Assembly: GCF_004010195.1 (NCBI RefSeq)
Contig: NC_057750.1
Span: forward strand, 15,103,362-15,167,361
DNA length: 64,000 bases
Source: Chiloscyllium plagiosum
Taxonomy: Eukaryota
Direction: 5' to 3'
Shown: positions 61,045-64,000 of the stretch, in pieces
How the letters are laid out: each line of letters begins with the position of its first letter
How positions within the stretch are numbered: the stretch's first letter is position 1
The notes under the pieces: model-generated
Databases searched by the model: none
What the model was told of the DNA's origin: nothing
Seen by the model: the letters and a program-made list of their open reading frames with translations, nothing else
Position numbers and translations under genes: made by a program

Positions 61045-61468
61045 CAATGGGATTGGGAACAGACCGACAACAAGCGTGGAATGGGAAACGGATGGATTGG
61101 GAGTGGGAATGGAATGGGAGCAGCAAATGGGAGCAGGGAATGGGATGGGAATAGAATGATCTGGGAGCAGGAAATGCATCGCAAATGGGTTGGAATGGGA
61201 ATGGAAATGGGAGTGCAATGGGAAAAGGAATGGAGTGGGAATAGGGTGGAATAGGATGGACTGGAAGAGGGAATGGAATGGGAATGGGAGCAGGAATGAA
61301 AGAGGAGAGGGATGGAATGATAGCAGGAATGCAATAGAAATGGAATACACTGGGATGGAAGGGAGGAGGGAATGCAATATGAATAGAACAGAATGGGAGA
61401 GATAACGGAATGGGAATGGGAGTCGGAATGCAATAGGATTGATAAAATGGGAGTGGGATTGCAGGGGG
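61045..61468. repeat. Degenerate (GGAAT/GGGAAT)n simple repeat
   Basis: Purine-rich recurring atggga/ggaat. Confidence 0.85.
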
Positions 61469-61624
61469 AAGATCAGGTTGCTCTTTGGAGGGTCGGTGTG
61501 GACTTGTTGGGCCGAAGGGCCTGTTTCCACACTGTAAGTAATCTAATCTAATCAGGTAGTTTCTGTGGGAACTCATAGCTGCTCATTGCTTGCAGAGCAG
61601 GAAGCATTTCTCAACATCCAACAC

Positions 61625-63150
61625 ATGCCCCCGGCCTGCTTGTCCCAGCCTGCACACCCCGGCTTGCACACTCTGGCCTGCACAACCCAGCCTGCTCACC
61701 CCGGCCAGCACATCCTGGCCTGCTCACCCCGGCCTGCTCACCCAGGCCAGCACACCCCAGCCCGCACACCATGGCCTGCACACCCCAGCCTGCACATCCC
61801 GGCCTGCTCGCCCCAGCCTGCTCACCCACAGCATGCACACCCCAGCCTGCTTACTCCAGCCTGCACACCGCGGCCTGCATACCCCGGCCTGCTCGCCCAC
61901 AGCCTGCACACCCCGGCCTGCTGACCCCAGCCTGCTCACCCCAGACTGCACACCCCGGTCTGCTCACCCACAGCCTGCACACGCCGGCCTGCTCGCCCCG
62001 GCCTGCACACCCCGGCCTGCTCGCCCACAGCCTGCAAACCCCAGCCTGCTCGCTCACAGCCTGCACACCCCAGTCTGCACACCCCGGTCTGCTCACCCAC
62101 AGCCTGCACACCCCGGCCTGCTCGCCCCGGCCTGCACGCCCACAACCTGCACAACCCGGCCTGCTAGCCCACAGCCTGCACACCCCGGCCTGCTCGCCCA
62201 CAGCCTGCACACCCCGGCCTGCACACCCCGGCCTGCTCACCCCAGCCTGCATGCCCCGATCTGCTCGCCCACAGCCTGCACACACCGGCCTGCTCACCCC
62301 AGCCTGCTCGCCCCGGCCTGCTAACCCCGGCCTGCACACCCCGGCCTGCTTTGCCCAGTCTGCACACCCCTGCCTGCACACCCCGGCCTGCACACCCTGG
62401 CCTGCACACCCCAGTCTGCACACCCCGGCCTGCACACTCCAGCCTGCACACACCGGCCTGCTCACCCCAGCCGCTCGCCCCGGCCTGCTAACCCCGGCCT
62501 GCACACCCCGGCCTGCTTTCCCCAGTCTGCACACCCCGGCCTGCACACTCCAGCCTGCACACCCCGGCCTGCTCACCCACAGCCTGCACACCTCAGCCTT
62601 CTTGCCCACAGCCTGCACACCCCGGCCTGCTCTCCCCGGCCTGCACACCCCCGTCTGCTCGCCCGCAGCCTGCACACCACGGCCTGCACACCCTGGCCTG
62701 CACACCCTGGTCTGCTCACCCACAGCCTGCACACCCCAGTCTGCTCACCCCTGCCTGAACACCCCGGCCTGAACACCCTGGCCTGCAGGCCCCGGCTTGC
62801 ACACCCCTGCCTGCACACCCCGGCCTGCACACCCTGGCCTACACACCCCGGCCTGTTCGGCCACAGCCTGCTCACCCTGGCCTACACACCCTGGCCTGCT
62901 CGCCCGGGCCTACACACCCCGGCCTGCTCGCCCACAGCCTGCACACCCCGGCCTGCTCACCCTGGCCTACACACCCCAGCCTGTTCGCCCACAGCATGCA
63001 CACCCCCGGCCTGCACACCCCGGCCTGCTCGCCCACAGCCTGCACACCCCGGCCTGCTCGCCCCAGCCTATACACCCTGGCCTGCACACCCCGGCCTGCA
63101 CACCCCGTTCTGCTCGCCCTAGCCTGTACACCCTGGCCTGTTCCCCAAGC
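61625..63150. repeat. C-rich minisatellite, unit about 14-16 bp (gcctgcacaccccg / gcctgctcgcccaca)
   Basis: Roughly 100 tandem variant units read directly. Confidence 0.95.
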
Positions 63151-63579
63151 CTGCTCCCCGCTGGCATTTTCCCCCCTTGGCCTGCTACCTCCACAACCCC
63201 CCAATCCCCACCAACCCCACCCCCTTTTCCCTGGCCTGTTCCCCTCCCACCCCCACCCTCCGCTCAGCCTGGTGACTTATTGCTGAGGACATTGTTTCCT
63301 TGCTGTGGTGCGACACATTTTGCCAGCAGCCAGCCCGGCCTCTTGACACCGTTTCCGCACAGTCACTGCCGACAGCCACAGAAACTGTGGCACTTCCTTT
63401 GGGCACGGTGATGAGGGGCAAAGAGCCCGGTGCATGCTGGATAAACGAGAGGTGAGCCTGAAGCTGGTGGAGAGATAGACATTCCCCACCTCCATCTCCT
63501 ACTCGAAATCCTCAACAAACAGGGAGCATCCATCATTTCCCATCCATATACTCATATGTACTAGCTTGGAGCTGATGTA

Positions 63580-63860
63580 GGCACGGTGGCTCAGTGGTTA
63601 GCACTGCTGCCTCACACTGCTAGGGACCCGGGTTCGATTCCAGCCTCAGGTGATTGTCTGTGTGGGTTTCCTTTGACTTCCTCCCATAGTCCAAAGATGT
63701 GCAGGTCAGGTGAATTGGCCGTGCAATGTTACCCATAGTATCCAGGGTTGTGCAGATTGGGTGAATTAGCCACGGCAATACAGGGATGGGGTGGGTTGTG
63801 CTTTGGAGGATTGGTGTGGACTCAATGGGCTGAACCGCCTACTTCCACACTGTAGGGATT
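63580..63860 (+). mobile_element. HE1 SINE
   Basis: ggcacggtggctcagtggttagcactgctgcctcac...gggttcgattcc head, tail ttccacactgtagggatt. Confidence 0.85.
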
Positions 63861-64000
63861 TAATACATGGGACTGGGCCTTCAATTTAACAGAGAAACCA
63901 CACGCTTTTGACATCACTGATGGTAATAACAAGTCCCACCACATCACTATGGTAACAGGAGCAATGGGGATAGATTTTTAATCAATAAGGGAATTGAGGG

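Noticed and set aside
1..64000. Exons of mammalian ZFP36 neighbours PLEKHG2 or MED29
   Set aside because: Looked for but not recognised in this window, so synteny cannot be used here

Overview
Eukaryotic genomic DNA, almost certainly from a shark: HE1-type tRNA-derived SINEs and HER1/CR1 LINE fragments occur throughout (genus not determinable from sequence alone). The only confidently recognisable protein-coding gene is a two-exon ZFP36/tristetraprolin-family gene on the minus strand. Its exon 1 CDS is 42349-42311 and exon 2 CDS is 41590-40691 (312 aa); it has a TATA/GC-box/CRE/AP-1 promoter, an intronic NF-kB-type site and AU-rich 3'UTR elements. The ORF track misses this splice structure. 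Most of the rest is retroelements, a hAT and a Tigger-like DNA transposon, and three large minisatellite arrays. The most interesting signal is a dense population of Penelope-like element (PLE) derivatives carrying minimal hammerhead-ribozyme cores in two sequence families. Several form fold-back insertions with clear target-site duplications, and one is linked to a decayed GIY-YIG PLE. There is also an isolated, stop-containing ADAM/reprolysin pseudo-exon and two tentative spliced ORFs of unknown identity. Nearly all ORFs in the track are repeat-derived artefacts. Repeat boundaries are approximate unless defined by a TSD or TIR; no searches were run.
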